Sequence record: MW845758.1
DNA length: 64,000 nt
Reading direction: 5' to 3' (one strand)
Position numbers and translations under genes: made by a program. Position 1 is the stretch's first letter. Each line of letters starts with the position of its first letter. The notes beneath the pieces were generated by a model. The model was not told the origin of the DNA. It saw only the letters and a program-made list of their open reading frames with translations, and made no database searches. Below, piece after piece: positions 1 to 7,853 of the stretch.

Positions 1-618
1 ACGCAAACCCTGAAGTTCCCTGAGAACGAATACCGCGTGTACGACATCTTCTTGTGTCGCTTTGTGCGGGCTATCGGGTTAACGGTACCGGGACATGACA
101 TTCGTCTCTATCCCCATCCTCCGAAGCAGGCGAACGATATCGAAACGTTCTTTGATTCGATTATCAATCAGAGCGGAACGTATCTGCAAGATATGAACCG
201 TCGCTGCGCGTGCTTCTCGGTGAAAACGTTTCGGGTGTTGCAGTTGATGAACACCATCGGGTGGTCGAAGTTCCAAGCTACCCTGTTCTTCACGGACGAT
301 AACCGTTACGCGGTTTATCCGTATACCTTCCCGGGGTTTGAAGCGTTTGTGTCAGAATCGATTAACTACCGCGGTAACTCTAATGAGGTACTCCCGGCGT
401 TTAATCCCCCGACACTCACGCCGTACATTCTCAGCGAGTCGTTTTATAAAGGCGAGTACAGCAGCGTGTTAGAGTGGGCTTTGCACCTCTTCATTAAACA
501 ACAACCGATTTCCCCCCAACCGATTATTCTGTTGGCGGAGATGTTGCGTGCGTTGCCGAAGTCTGCACAGTTCTACTACACCCCGTTGGTGTACGTGCTG
601 TTACGCTACGTGAGGTAG
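1..618 (+). CDS. Conserved hypothetical protein, 5'-truncated, in a phiKZ-like structural gene block
   Basis: Frame is open from base 1 to TAG at 616-618; followed 2 nt later by the next ORF. Confidence 0.7.
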   Translation, partial: TQTLKFPENEYRVYDIFLCRFVRAIGLTVPGHDIRLYPHPPKQANDIETFFDSIINQSGTYLQDMNRRCACFSVKTFRVLQLMNTIGWSKFQATLFFTDDNRYAVYPYTFPGFEAFVSESINYRGNSNEVLPAFNPPTLTPYILSESFYKGEYSSVLEWALHLFIKQQPISPQPIILLAEMLRALPKSAQFYYTPLVYVLLRYVR

Positions 619-620
619 TA

Positions 621-1166
621 ATGGACAAGAAGTTCTCCCCTGCATTCCATCTGTTCCACAGTTGGGTAGGTTGGCGGGTGCCCGCCTACGCGACGCTGAC
701 CGCTTATGCCACACAAGAGCACGGGTTGTTCTTGCCAGAGGATAAGCGTAAAGCGAACGCCATCTTGCACGACAAGAAATTCATTCAGGCGAGGCCTTTT
801 GAGATAGCGCAATACCTGACTCAAGGGATGCCGCTGGACATCAGTGATGTTAATGACGCCATCAAGGTCTACGGATGGATAATGGAGCACATGGCGAACT
901 GGTTGGACTACGCGTCTAACCCGTCGTTGATTATGCGTGCCATTCCCATCGATGGGATGCGTGAGTTTAACATGCTGGCGAACAAACTGTTTCCAGTGGC
1001 GCACCGCTATGGCTATTTTGAGAAACCAAAAATCACGATGTCAGATTCGTTACAGGTGTTCTTTGGGGGTGAGGTTAAAGCCACTCAACAACAACACCGT
1101 TTTAACGATACCCTGATTCGTCGACTGGAGGTGGCTGCTCGTTATCAAACCCGAGGAAAACGATAA
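621..1166 (+). CDS. Hypothetical protein (181 aa), structural block
   Basis: ORF with GAGG RBS; its stop overlaps the next start (TAATG). Confidence 0.75.
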   Translation: MDKKFSPAFHLFHSWVGWRVPAYATLTAYATQEHGLFLPEDKRKANAILHDKKFIQARPFEIAQYLTQGMPLDISDVNDAIKVYGWIMEHMANWLDYASNPSLIMRAIPIDGMREFNMLANKLFPVAHRYGYFEKPKITMSDSLQVFFGGEVKATQQQHRFNDTLIRRLEVAARYQTRGKR

Positions 1167-2470
1167 TGTTTGAGCGGTTTCAGGCTATCGTTAATAGCCA
1201 CATCAGTCGGGCGATAGCTGCCCCGGCTATCAACTACAGTGCGATTATCACCATCAAAGGGGTAACGCTTACGGTGCTCAAAGTCCGTGACGTTATCCAC
1301 ACCAGTAACTTTGTGGGAGCGGTATCGACTATCTCTCACCTGACACTGGCTGTCCCCACGTCACAGATGCGTTTGTTAACCACCCGGGCCAACGGGAACA
1401 TGAACGTTAAGGTATTGACACTGGCGGGGAAACAAGTTCTGAACACGATGAACTACAACGGTATCGTCGTTGGGACACGTGACCCGGACATGGAATCCCC
1501 GACGATGTTCCTGAGTGAGTCTAACGACAAGTCGATTGGGATACTGACGCTTGAGCTGATGCCGGCATCGCTTTGGTATCAACGCTTGAAGAACGTGGGT
1601 GGGATTTATCAGGCGACGGATGGGTTAACGTTACTGCGCAAGTTGCTGGTTGATACCCTGCCGAACCAAAAGGAAGAGGCGGGGATAGTCCACTCGATTC
1701 AATACGAGCAGGAAGAGCAGCAGCTTTATCGCAACATCGTGATACCCGATTCGATGACGTTCTTGGAAGTGTTTGACTACATCCAAGACAAGTACGGGGT
1801 GTATGCGAAGGGGTTGGGTGTGTTCCAGTATTTCAACAACTGGTTCTTGTTCCAGCCTTACGATGAAACCAAGTTCAACAAAGCCGGATTGAAACTGGTG
1901 GTGATGAACCTGCCGCGTGAACGTGCTGCACAGATTGACCGTACACTGCATTCCGATGCAAACGTGCGTTATCTCATCACAGGCGGTGACACGCTAACCG
2001 AAGATACCCAAGACCAGAATGCGCTGAACGAAGGAACGGGGTATCGGGTAGGGACGTTGCGTGCGTTGGACGGACGTTCATCTTCGTTTACGGCGGGCGG
2101 TGTCTCGAAGACCACCTCGGACACGTTTGTCTCACAAGCCGCACCCAATACACACGCTTCCGGTTTGGTGAATGCTCCGGTCTCGAAGAAACACTTTGCC
2201 GACCACGACAAAGACATTCGTTCGAAGCTTGCAGCGCGTGATGGCCGCATCGTGAAGGTGACGTGGAACCAATCGATGCCGAATATCGTTTACCCGGGTA
2301 TGCCTGTGAAGTTTATGTATGCTAACGACGTGGGTATGTATACACGCTACGGTACGGTGCTGGGTGAAGTCTATCACGCCGCAGTGGATGGACAAACGCT
2401 GGCTTCGTCGCGCTTTAACAGCACCACCGAGTTAACGCTTTGGCTGTCTAACTCAAAAATAACAAATTGA
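1166..2470 (+). CDS. Virion structural protein, probable baseplate hub-like (phiKZ gp101-type)
   Basis: 434-aa beta-rich ORF, translationally coupled. Family assigned from size, beta-rich pattern and position; not searched. Confidence 0.5.
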   Translation: MFERFQAIVNSHISRAIAAPAINYSAIITIKGVTLTVLKVRDVIHTSNFVGAVSTISHLTLAVPTSQMRLLTTRANGNMNVKVLTLAGKQVLNTMNYNGIVVGTRDPDMESPTMFLSESNDKSIGILTLELMPASLWYQRLKNVGGIYQATDGLTLLRKLLVDTLPNQKEEAGIVHSIQYEQEEQQLYRNIVIPDSMTFLEVFDYIQDKYGVYAKGLGVFQYFNNWFLFQPYDETKFNKAGLKLVVMNLPRERAAQIDRTLHSDANVRYLITGGDTLTEDTQDQNALNEGTGYRVGTLRALDGRSSSFTAGGVSKTTSDTFVSQAAPNTHASGLVNAPVSKKHFADHDKDIRSKLAARDGRIVKVTWNQSMPNIVYPGMPVKFMYANDVGMYTRYGTVLGEVYHAAVDGQTLASSRFNSTTELTLWLSNSKITN

Positions 2471-2513
2471 TGTTCTTCTATGAAGACAAACACCACCCTA
2501 AGGATTGATTGAA

Positions 2514-3314
2514 ATGAGCAACAACAACGTTTACTCCATGCGCATGACTGGTCAGGTGATTCAGGCAATCGACGCTTATGAAGCTAATCACTTCTCTAAA
2601 CCGTCGAAGTTGTTTGAACGCATCAAGAAAGTCTTGCCAACGACCGGTGAAGTGGCGCTGATGTATGTGATGGCGTCTTCGCTGGACAGCACCGTGGTTA
2701 TCGTGTATTCCCACGACGGTGTTGAGAATGGCAAGAACATGCCGATTGCTGAGAAAGGTTCACTGGGCAACCTGCTGTTCCTTCACACCATGACCACCAG
2801 TGCGTGTGCGCAGGCGTTAGCGCTGCAATACGGTTTCGGCTACGCGTATGCCTTTGCGCAGAAGCTGGCTGAAAGCATCGAAGCGGGTGACCAGACGACG
2901 TACCCACGCTATGTCGATCGCATCACCCCGAACATGATTGGCGATGACTTGCAGTACGACATGTACCGCTTTGCCATGATTGGTGTGTCCCGCGATGAAG
3001 AGTACACGGGTGCCTTGCGTGCGATGATTCGTTACACCGCATTGGCAACGACTGCTGACACCTCCACGAACTTCCGTGAAGTGTACCCGGTGATTCGCTA
3101 TGGCCACTACGTGACCTTTAACTCGTACGTGCCATTCGATGCACAGATTCTCGGCCCGTTCGACGACGCCTCTATTCTGCCTGCCGCTAAGAAGTACGGC
3201 TTAACGTGCAGTGAAGCGGTGGAAGTGCTGGACGAGAAAGACCGCATCAATATCTCCATCAAAAACGGCTTAGACCAAGACCCAGAGTTCCAAACTCTGA
3301 TTGTTGGCGGCTAA
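2514..3314 (+). CDS. Conserved hypothetical protein
   Basis: ORF with high-expression codon usage, followed by a UUCG terminator. Confidence 0.75.
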   Translation: MSNNNVYSMRMTGQVIQAIDAYEANHFSKPSKLFERIKKVLPTTGEVALMYVMASSLDSTVVIVYSHDGVENGKNMPIAEKGSLGNLLFLHTMTTSACAQALALQYGFGYAYAFAQKLAESIEAGDQTTYPRYVDRITPNMIGDDLQYDMYRFAMIGVSRDEEYTGALRAMIRYTALATTADTSTNFREVYPVIRYGHYVTFNSYVPFDAQILGPFDDASILPAAKKYGLTCSEAVEVLDEKDRINISIKNGLDQDPEFQTLIVGG

Positions 3315-3320
3315 CAGTGA

Positions 3321-3358
3321 CCTCCTTTCCTTCGGGAAAGGAGGATTACTTCTTTTTT
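3321..3358 (+). terminator. Intrinsic terminator
   Basis: CCTCCTTTCC-TTCG-GGAAAGGAGG followed by a T-rich tract. Confidence 0.85.
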
Positions 3359-3435
3359 ACGCCTTGGGTCTATTCTACGGGTATAAACACCCCCAAAACG
3401 AATAACCACACCGTAAAACAACAAAGTCGCTTAGA

Positions 3436-3831
3436 ATGCGTTTTAGACGTGTTAAATTGGATAATCGAATGAAACAAATAAAACATAACTTTCCCCCGTT
3501 TACCCATCTCCCTACGCAGGCGACGGACAACGGGGTCATTGCGGGGTTGTTAACGGATGTGGATTACATTCGAGAGTTTATTCATCGCTATCGTCGTAAG
3601 TTGATTGTGCACTCCATCATCTACTACGAACTTAACGACAATCTCATCAGTGACGACACATGGTCGCGCTGGGCACGGGAATTGAAAGTGGTGCAAGAGT
3701 TACATTCTGAACTGTCTCGCACACTGGGATTCTTCGATGAGGAGTTCGAGGGGTGGGAAGGTGTGACAGGCTTTGCACTGGCCCGATTGCCACTAACCCA
3801 TATCGCGTTGTACTTGACCAGAAATCGCTAA
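3436..3831 (+). CDS. Stand-alone NAD+-dependent DNA ligase domain Ia-like protein
   Basis: RRKLIVHSIIYYELNDNLISDDTWSRWARELK resembles the LigA N-terminal YY..D..ISD.EYD helical domain. No adenylation (KxDG) domain follows. Alternative start at 3469. Confidence 0.65.
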   Translation: MRFRRVKLDNRMKQIKHNFPPFTHLPTQATDNGVIAGLLTDVDYIREFIHRYRRKLIVHSIIYYELNDNLISDDTWSRWARELKVVQELHSELSRTLGFFDEEFEGWEGVTGFALARLPLTHIALYLTRNR

Positions 3832-3850
3832 CTACGAACGGATTTTATTT

Positions 3851-3872
3851 CAGATATATATCATTACGGTGA
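3851..3872 (+). promoter_or_regulatory. Putative early promoter, 22-bp motif, copy 1
   Basis: CAGATATATATCATTACGGTGA; matches six other copies with identical spacing. Confidence 0.7.
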
Positions 3873-3924
3873 ACGAATACATAAATCGTTCTTCATCTAA
3901 CCTATAAACCGTAAGGATTTTATC

Positions 3925-4308
3925 ATGAAAACTATCAACTCTGAAATGAAAGCTCTGGTTAAGACTTCTCCTCTGTATCTGATGCTGCTGGTTTGCGCTG
4001 AAGAGTGCGGGTTCCCAGAAACCACGCAAGACATTCTGAAGTGGGAAGCGGACAACATGCCGAAGTTCCGTGACGTAATCAGTCGTCCTACTGAAGAACT
4101 GCCACGTGAAGTACAGCTGATTAAAGCAGTCCTCAGTCCTGAATTCGACAAGCCGTTTGAAGCGAATGACCTTCACGGTATGATTGATGAATTCATTGCC
4201 CGTGCAGCAGCCACACCTGAGCTGCAACTCACCGAAGAAGAAATCGCAATTCAAGGCGATGTGACCACTTACTACACTGCCGCCAAAGAAAGATTCGCCA
4301 ACGCCTAA
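3925..4308 (+). CDS. Hypothetical early protein (127 aa)
   Basis: TAAGGA RBS; first ORF after the promoter motif. Confidence 0.8.
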   Translation: MKTINSEMKALVKTSPLYLMLLVCAEECGFPETTQDILKWEADNMPKFRDVISRPTEELPREVQLIKAVLSPEFDKPFEANDLHGMIDEFIARAAATPELQLTEEEIAIQGDVTTYYTAAKERFANA

Positions 4309-4317
4309 GGAGCTACC

Positions 4318-4440
4318 GTGGACGATAAAGTCAAACTCTGTGCCGAGTTACATCGTCGTGCACGTGAAGCGTTTATGTCTGGCAACATGTCGCTCTATCG
4401 GGAAATCATCGAAGAGCGCAAAGCCGTAATGTACAGCTAA
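4318..4440 (+). CDS. Small hypothetical protein (40 aa), not in the ORF track
   Basis: TAAGGAG RBS, GTG start, MDDKVKLCAELHRRAREAFMSGNMSLYREIIEERKAVMYS, TAA stop. Confidence 0.7.
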   Translation: MDDKVKLCAELHRRAREAFMSGNMSLYREIIEERKAVMYS

Positions 4441-4452
4441 AGGGGTAAGAGC

Positions 4453-4635
4453 ATGACCATCTCAGGACTGGGTTCCAACTACGGCTTAGAAAGAGCACGT
4501 GTCTCCCCTGAGGAGCGTCATGCTCGTATCCAAGCCCGCATCAACATGCTGACCATTGACTTGGCAGCAGCGAAAGCCCGAGGCGACGTTAAAGAAGCCG
4601 AACGCATCGCAGCACAAATCGCAACATTAAACTAA
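4453..4635 (+). CDS. Small helical-hairpin protein (60 aa)
   Basis: RBS-like GGGG upstream; LAAAKARGDVKEAERIAAQI helical hairpin. Confidence 0.75.
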   Translation: MTISGLGSNYGLERARVSPEERHARIQARINMLTIDLAAAKARGDVKEAERIAAQIATLN

Positions 4636-4657
4636 TCGACTATTTAAGAGGCCTATC

Positions 4658-4798
4658 ATGACTCGCAACGTTAAGAAAGTTATCATCGCTACCGTTCTGT
4701 CCTTCCTGCTGGTAAGTGCGTACGTCGTACTGAACAACGATTACAACACTTGCCGCGCTAACGGCAACTCCGATGCAATGTGCACAGGACGCGGCTAA
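4658..4798 (+). CDS. Small membrane peptide (46 aa), not in the ORF track
   Basis: GAGG RBS; MTRNVKKVIIATVLSFLLVSAYVVLNNDYNTCRANGNSDAMCTGRG; one hydrophobic helix and a Cys pair. Confidence 0.7.
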   Translation: MTRNVKKVIIATVLSFLLVSAYVVLNNDYNTCRANGNSDAMCTGRG

Positions 4799-4980
4799 TG
4801 TTTAACGATTCAACTTTCGCTGAGTTCCTGACTAACCCTCGCATCAAACGCGAGTGGGATAACCTGTCCAATGGTGTGAAGCACCGCGAACAGGAAGACG
4901 AGGCAGTCCGTGTGACTGCCCAAGTATTCACCGTGGATTCAATGGGTACTGTAAACCCAATGGAGTTCTGTCATGACTGA
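4798..4980 (+). CDS. Hypothetical protein (60 aa)
   Basis: TAATG coupling with the previous ORF favours a start at 4798 over 4780. Confidence 0.65.
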   Translation: MFNDSTFAEFLTNPRIKREWDNLSNGVKHREQEDEAVRVTAQVFTVDSMGTVNPMEFCHD

Positions 4981-5533
4981 AGATAACAAACCAACCGGCA
5001 AAGGCGTGATTGTAAAAGTCGCCTCTGATAGCGTATTGCCGCAGACCGAAGATGGTCTGGTTGGCGAAATACATCGCCCGGGTTACATCGAAACCCGAGG
5101 CTTGGGTGGTGAGCAAGACCCGCATTGGTGGAAAAATGCTGAGGCTAAACGGGCGAATGATGTTCTGGCTAGCGGTCAGTACGGGGCATTCGGCACCAGT
5201 CTTGAGTTACAGGAGCTACTGAACAGCGGTCGCATTATTACTATCGCGCACGCTGGACAGAACAAGGACTTCGACGGGGACGTTGCAATTCCACACTGGG
5301 CTAAGCAACGTAGCTTGTTCGAACAAACCCCAAAGCCTAAAGAATCGCGTTCGGTTAAGAACTACCGTAATGTGATGAACGGACTTATCAGTCGTGCGGC
5401 GAAGCCTACGTATCGACAAAAGCCTAACCGTTCACACGGTGAAACTGAATTCGATTCAACGAATCGCCTCAGCCCGATTGAACTCGACCACGTCGCTTTG
5501 AACAAAAGCATTGACGATATGTTAAAGAAATAA
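4973..5533 (+). CDS. Hypothetical protein (186 aa)
   Basis: GGAG RBS; followed by a terminator. Confidence 0.75.
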   Translation: MTEDNKPTGKGVIVKVASDSVLPQTEDGLVGEIHRPGYIETRGLGGEQDPHWWKNAEAKRANDVLASGQYGAFGTSLELQELLNSGRIITIAHAGQNKDFDGDVAIPHWAKQRSLFEQTPKPKESRSVKNYRNVMNGLISRAAKPTYRQKPNRSHGETEFDSTNRLSPIELDHVALNKSIDDMLKK

Positions 5534-5540
5534 ACTAAGG

Positions 5541-5566
5541 GCCACCTCCGGGTGGCTTTCTTTTTT
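5541..5566 (+). terminator. Intrinsic terminator
   Basis: GCCACC-TCCG-GGTGGC followed by a T tract. Confidence 0.75.
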
Positions 5567-5584
5567 CTCGTAAGGATAAATATC

Positions 5585-6568
5585 ATGCCAACTATTGAAA
5601 ACGCTTTCCCGGACTTTACCCTCGTCTCTCCTGCGAACAATCTGCTGGAAGGGGCTACCTACGAAACCCTCGCCAAGATTGAACCGGATTTGTGGGAAGT
5701 CAAACGTGCTTTCCATAACGGCAAAGAAGCCGTCGCCATTTATTACCGTGGTGCGCTGTTCCATCATCAGTACAATTTCGAACAGAGCGGTGTGAAGAAT
5801 ATGCCTCTCAGTGCGATTATCTACGCACAGGCGTACGTCATTACTGAGGGCAAAGAAGAACTGCTGACCCGTAACGACTTGGAAGGTCTGAACGTATTGG
5901 CCCGTAAAGTCATCCTGTTGTTGGAACTCAACGATGAAGGCCGTGCTCAGGCGTGGGCGGATCAGAAATTCAGCGACCCTGTTTTAGCAGCCGATGAGTT
6001 ATACCACGGCTTTATGGGTTTCATGATGGACTCACTGCGCAAGTGGAAATCCAGCAACGGGGTGATTATCACACAGCGCATGCTGTGGGGCATCCAGTCG
6101 ACCGGCTTCACCGTCACTGCGAAGCATGAAGATGACAAGATTGAATTCAACCGCAAGTACGAAATGTTGAGTGATTTCACCACCCCTATGCAGCAAGTAG
6201 TAAAAGACTTTACTACGCTGCTACTGACCATGGGTTGGATTAGCGCCAGTCCAGAACCGATTGACATCGAACGTCTGCGCAAAGAACGTCTTGCTCGTAA
6301 CTTTGCACACAACCATCAACACAACGTTGAGCAGAATCTTAAGCACAGCACACTGACTTCTGATTGCCGTACCGCAGAGTCCTTCGCTGACCTCCCGCCA
6401 GCAATGCAGGAACTGGCGGGAGACACCGAGTTGGGCGGTATGGCACAACTGCAATCCCGCCGTGACATTTTATCTGCGCTGGGTGAGTTAGAAGCCCGTA
6501 CTGATATCTCAGATAGCGAGCGTAATGAAAAGATGGCTGCGCTGTACGACCAGCTTGAGCGTATGTAA
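5585..6568 (+). CDS. Hypothetical protein (about 327 aa)
   Basis: TAAGGA RBS before ATG 5585; the upstream TTG start lies inside a terminator. Confidence 0.75.
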   Translation: MPTIENAFPDFTLVSPANNLLEGATYETLAKIEPDLWEVKRAFHNGKEAVAIYYRGALFHHQYNFEQSGVKNMPLSAIIYAQAYVITEGKEELLTRNDLEGLNVLARKVILLLELNDEGRAQAWADQKFSDPVLAADELYHGFMGFMMDSLRKWKSSNGVIITQRMLWGIQSTGFTVTAKHEDDKIEFNRKYEMLSDFTTPMQQVVKDFTTLLLTMGWISASPEPIDIERLRKERLARNFAHNHQHNVEQNLKHSTLTSDCRTAESFADLPPAMQELAGDTELGGMAQLQSRRDILSALGELEARTDISDSERNEKMAALYDQLERM

Positions 6569-6572
6569 TCCG

Positions 6573-6607
6573 CCCCCTACTCAACCGAGTAGGGGTTCTT
6601 TCTTTTT
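6573..6607 (+). terminator. Intrinsic terminator
   Basis: CCCCTACT-CAACCG-AGTAGGGG followed by a T tract. Confidence 0.75.
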
Positions 6608-6622
6608 GTAAGGAGTTACCCA

Positions 6623-7303
6623 ATGACTAAAGTTTTCGATTTCTGGCACGCGTTTAATGCTAAGTATTCTTTCTCTGAAGAAGACAACCTGTTTGTCTCG
6701 TATAACGAGCAATACGAGCTGGGTATGCGCAAGCTCGACAACGGGTGGGGTGTCATCGGCATCGACTTTGAAGGCACTATGGTGCACGAGCAACTTTTCC
6801 CGATGCATGACAAAGACCCTCAGTCCTACCTACGTGCCGCCCTAGAGGCCACTGCGCATGCCATGTTAACGATACTGACCGGGGTGTGGTCTGCGAAAGA
6901 CCGCGACTTATACCTGCGTGATTTGTTCACACTGGTTCGCCAAATCAACAACAACCTCAAAGACCCGGAAGTTGAAGAACTCCTGCGCCGCATTAAAGAG
7001 CCACATGATGGCGTTGACCACGCCCCAGACGGCATCTACTGGAACGCCAGTAAGTTTATCCGTAAAGTGTACCCGGATGAAATGCCAACCGTCCAATACA
7101 CCAACGGTGAGCTGGTCTTTATCGCTCGCCCGCACTACGACGGCCATCAGGTAGAGTTCCTCGCAATGGCTTTCCAAGGCGATGTCAGCCTTCAGGCAAG
7201 AAAGATGATTGGCTGGACAATGGAATACGAAGAAACTCTTGACGAGTTGCTGACGCAGTTTAAAGGCAACGTGGATAAACTCGGCTGGAAGCTTTTCTCT
7301 TAG
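6623..7303 (+). CDS. Hypothetical protein (226 aa)
   Basis: TGTAAGGAG RBS. Confidence 0.8.
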   Translation: MTKVFDFWHAFNAKYSFSEEDNLFVSYNEQYELGMRKLDNGWGVIGIDFEGTMVHEQLFPMHDKDPQSYLRAALEATAHAMLTILTGVWSAKDRDLYLRDLFTLVRQINNNLKDPEVEELLRRIKEPHDGVDHAPDGIYWNASKFIRKVYPDEMPTVQYTNGELVFIARPHYDGHQVEFLAMAFQGDVSLQARKMIGWTMEYEETLDELLTQFKGNVDKLGWKLFS

Positions 7304-7308
7304 TTGTC

Positions 7309-7339
7309 AGGTACCTCTTCGGAGGTACCTTTTTTATTT
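7309..7339 (+). terminator. Intrinsic terminator
   Basis: AGGTACCTC-TTCG-GAGGTACCT followed by a T tract. Confidence 0.85.
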
Positions 7340-7354
7340 GTTTTCTTTCACTGC

Positions 7355-7388
7355 AAAGAAAATAAAAGGCGTCCTCCCGAAGGAGGAC
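7355..7388 (-). terminator. Intrinsic terminator on the minus strand, closing sRNA unit C
   Basis: Minus strand reads GTCCTCC-TTCG-GGAGGAC-GCCTTTTATTTTCTTT. Confidence 0.8.
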
Positions 7389-7413
7389 ATTTCGCAATGC
7401 ACAGGAGTACATT

Positions 7414-7563
7414 ATGCAAACCTTTAAAGAGCACCTTCAACGGGCGCTCACCCAGCAACAATCCTATCAACAGCGTGTGCAGGCGTTACAGCGCCAACCT
7501 ACGCAACGTAATGGCAACGTATTAAAAGGATTAGGGGGTGATATCATCTTCAACAAGAGCTAG
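7414..7563 (+). CDS. Small Gln-rich ORF (49 aa), not in the ORF track
   Basis: AGGAG RBS 6 nt before ATG; MQTFKEHLQRALTQQQSYQQRVQALQRQPTQRNGNVLKGLGGDIIFNKS. No obvious plus-strand promoter. Confidence 0.5.
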   Translation: MQTFKEHLQRALTQQQSYQQRVQALQRQPTQRNGNVLKGLGGDIIFNKS

Positions 7564-7655
7564 CTGAAAGCTTAATCCTAAGTGGGTGTTGACGCACCCA
7601 CTTAGACTACCAGCATAGTAAGAACCGCCGCTGTTATTTTTTTTTGTTCCGGCAC

Positions 7656-7797
7656 AAAAAAAGTGAAAGGTTGTTCCCCCCGAAGAGAGAACACTCCACC
7701 CCAGGAAAGAGCTGGACGACCTTTCGAAAGTAAAACAACACATGGTTAGCGCAGAGTGGGATTACAAGGGGGATGGGTTGACGACGCATAATCCCAC
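7656..7797 (-). ncRNA. Candidate late small RNA, unit B (about 142 nt), with a 5' hairpin and a 3' three-way junction
   Basis: TTTTAC-N15-TATG; 11-bp 5' stem starting at +1; UUCG-capped stem with GU pairs on this strand only; ends in U7. Confidence 0.6.
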
Positions 7798-7817
7798 ATA
7801 GAGACTCACCGACCTGT

Positions 7818-7853
7818 AAAAAAATAAAAAGACCCCCACCATCCGGTAGGGGT
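7818..7853 (-). terminator. Intrinsic terminator for the helicase and sRNA unit A
   Basis: Minus strand reads ACCCCTACC-GGAT-GGTGGGGGT-CTTTTTATTTTTTT. Confidence 0.8.

Larger units (their letters stand above)
7355..7614 (-). ncRNA. Candidate late small RNA, unit C (about 260 nt), antisense to the 49-aa ORF
   Basis: TATG at 7617-7614; 11-bp hairpin at 7578-7605; GU-containing hairpin at about 7391-7420; ends at a minus-strand UUCG terminator; no minus-strand ORF that could explain it. Confidence 0.5.

Noticed and set aside
7660-7730. Hammerhead or other self-cleaving ribozyme in the three-way junction
   Set aside because: No CUGANGA/GAAA core in the correct register on either strand, and no twister or pistol consensus recognised.
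7531-7743. 70-aa minus-strand ORF and the 73-aa plus-strand ORF 7304-7525 as explanations of the sRNA region
   Set aside because: Both run through hairpins and homopolymer tracts, have no RBS and have implausible composition.
7585-7800. TTGACG hexamers as sigma70 -35 boxes
   Set aside because: No TATAAT-like hexamer at 16-18 nt spacing after either copy; both lie in hairpin loops.
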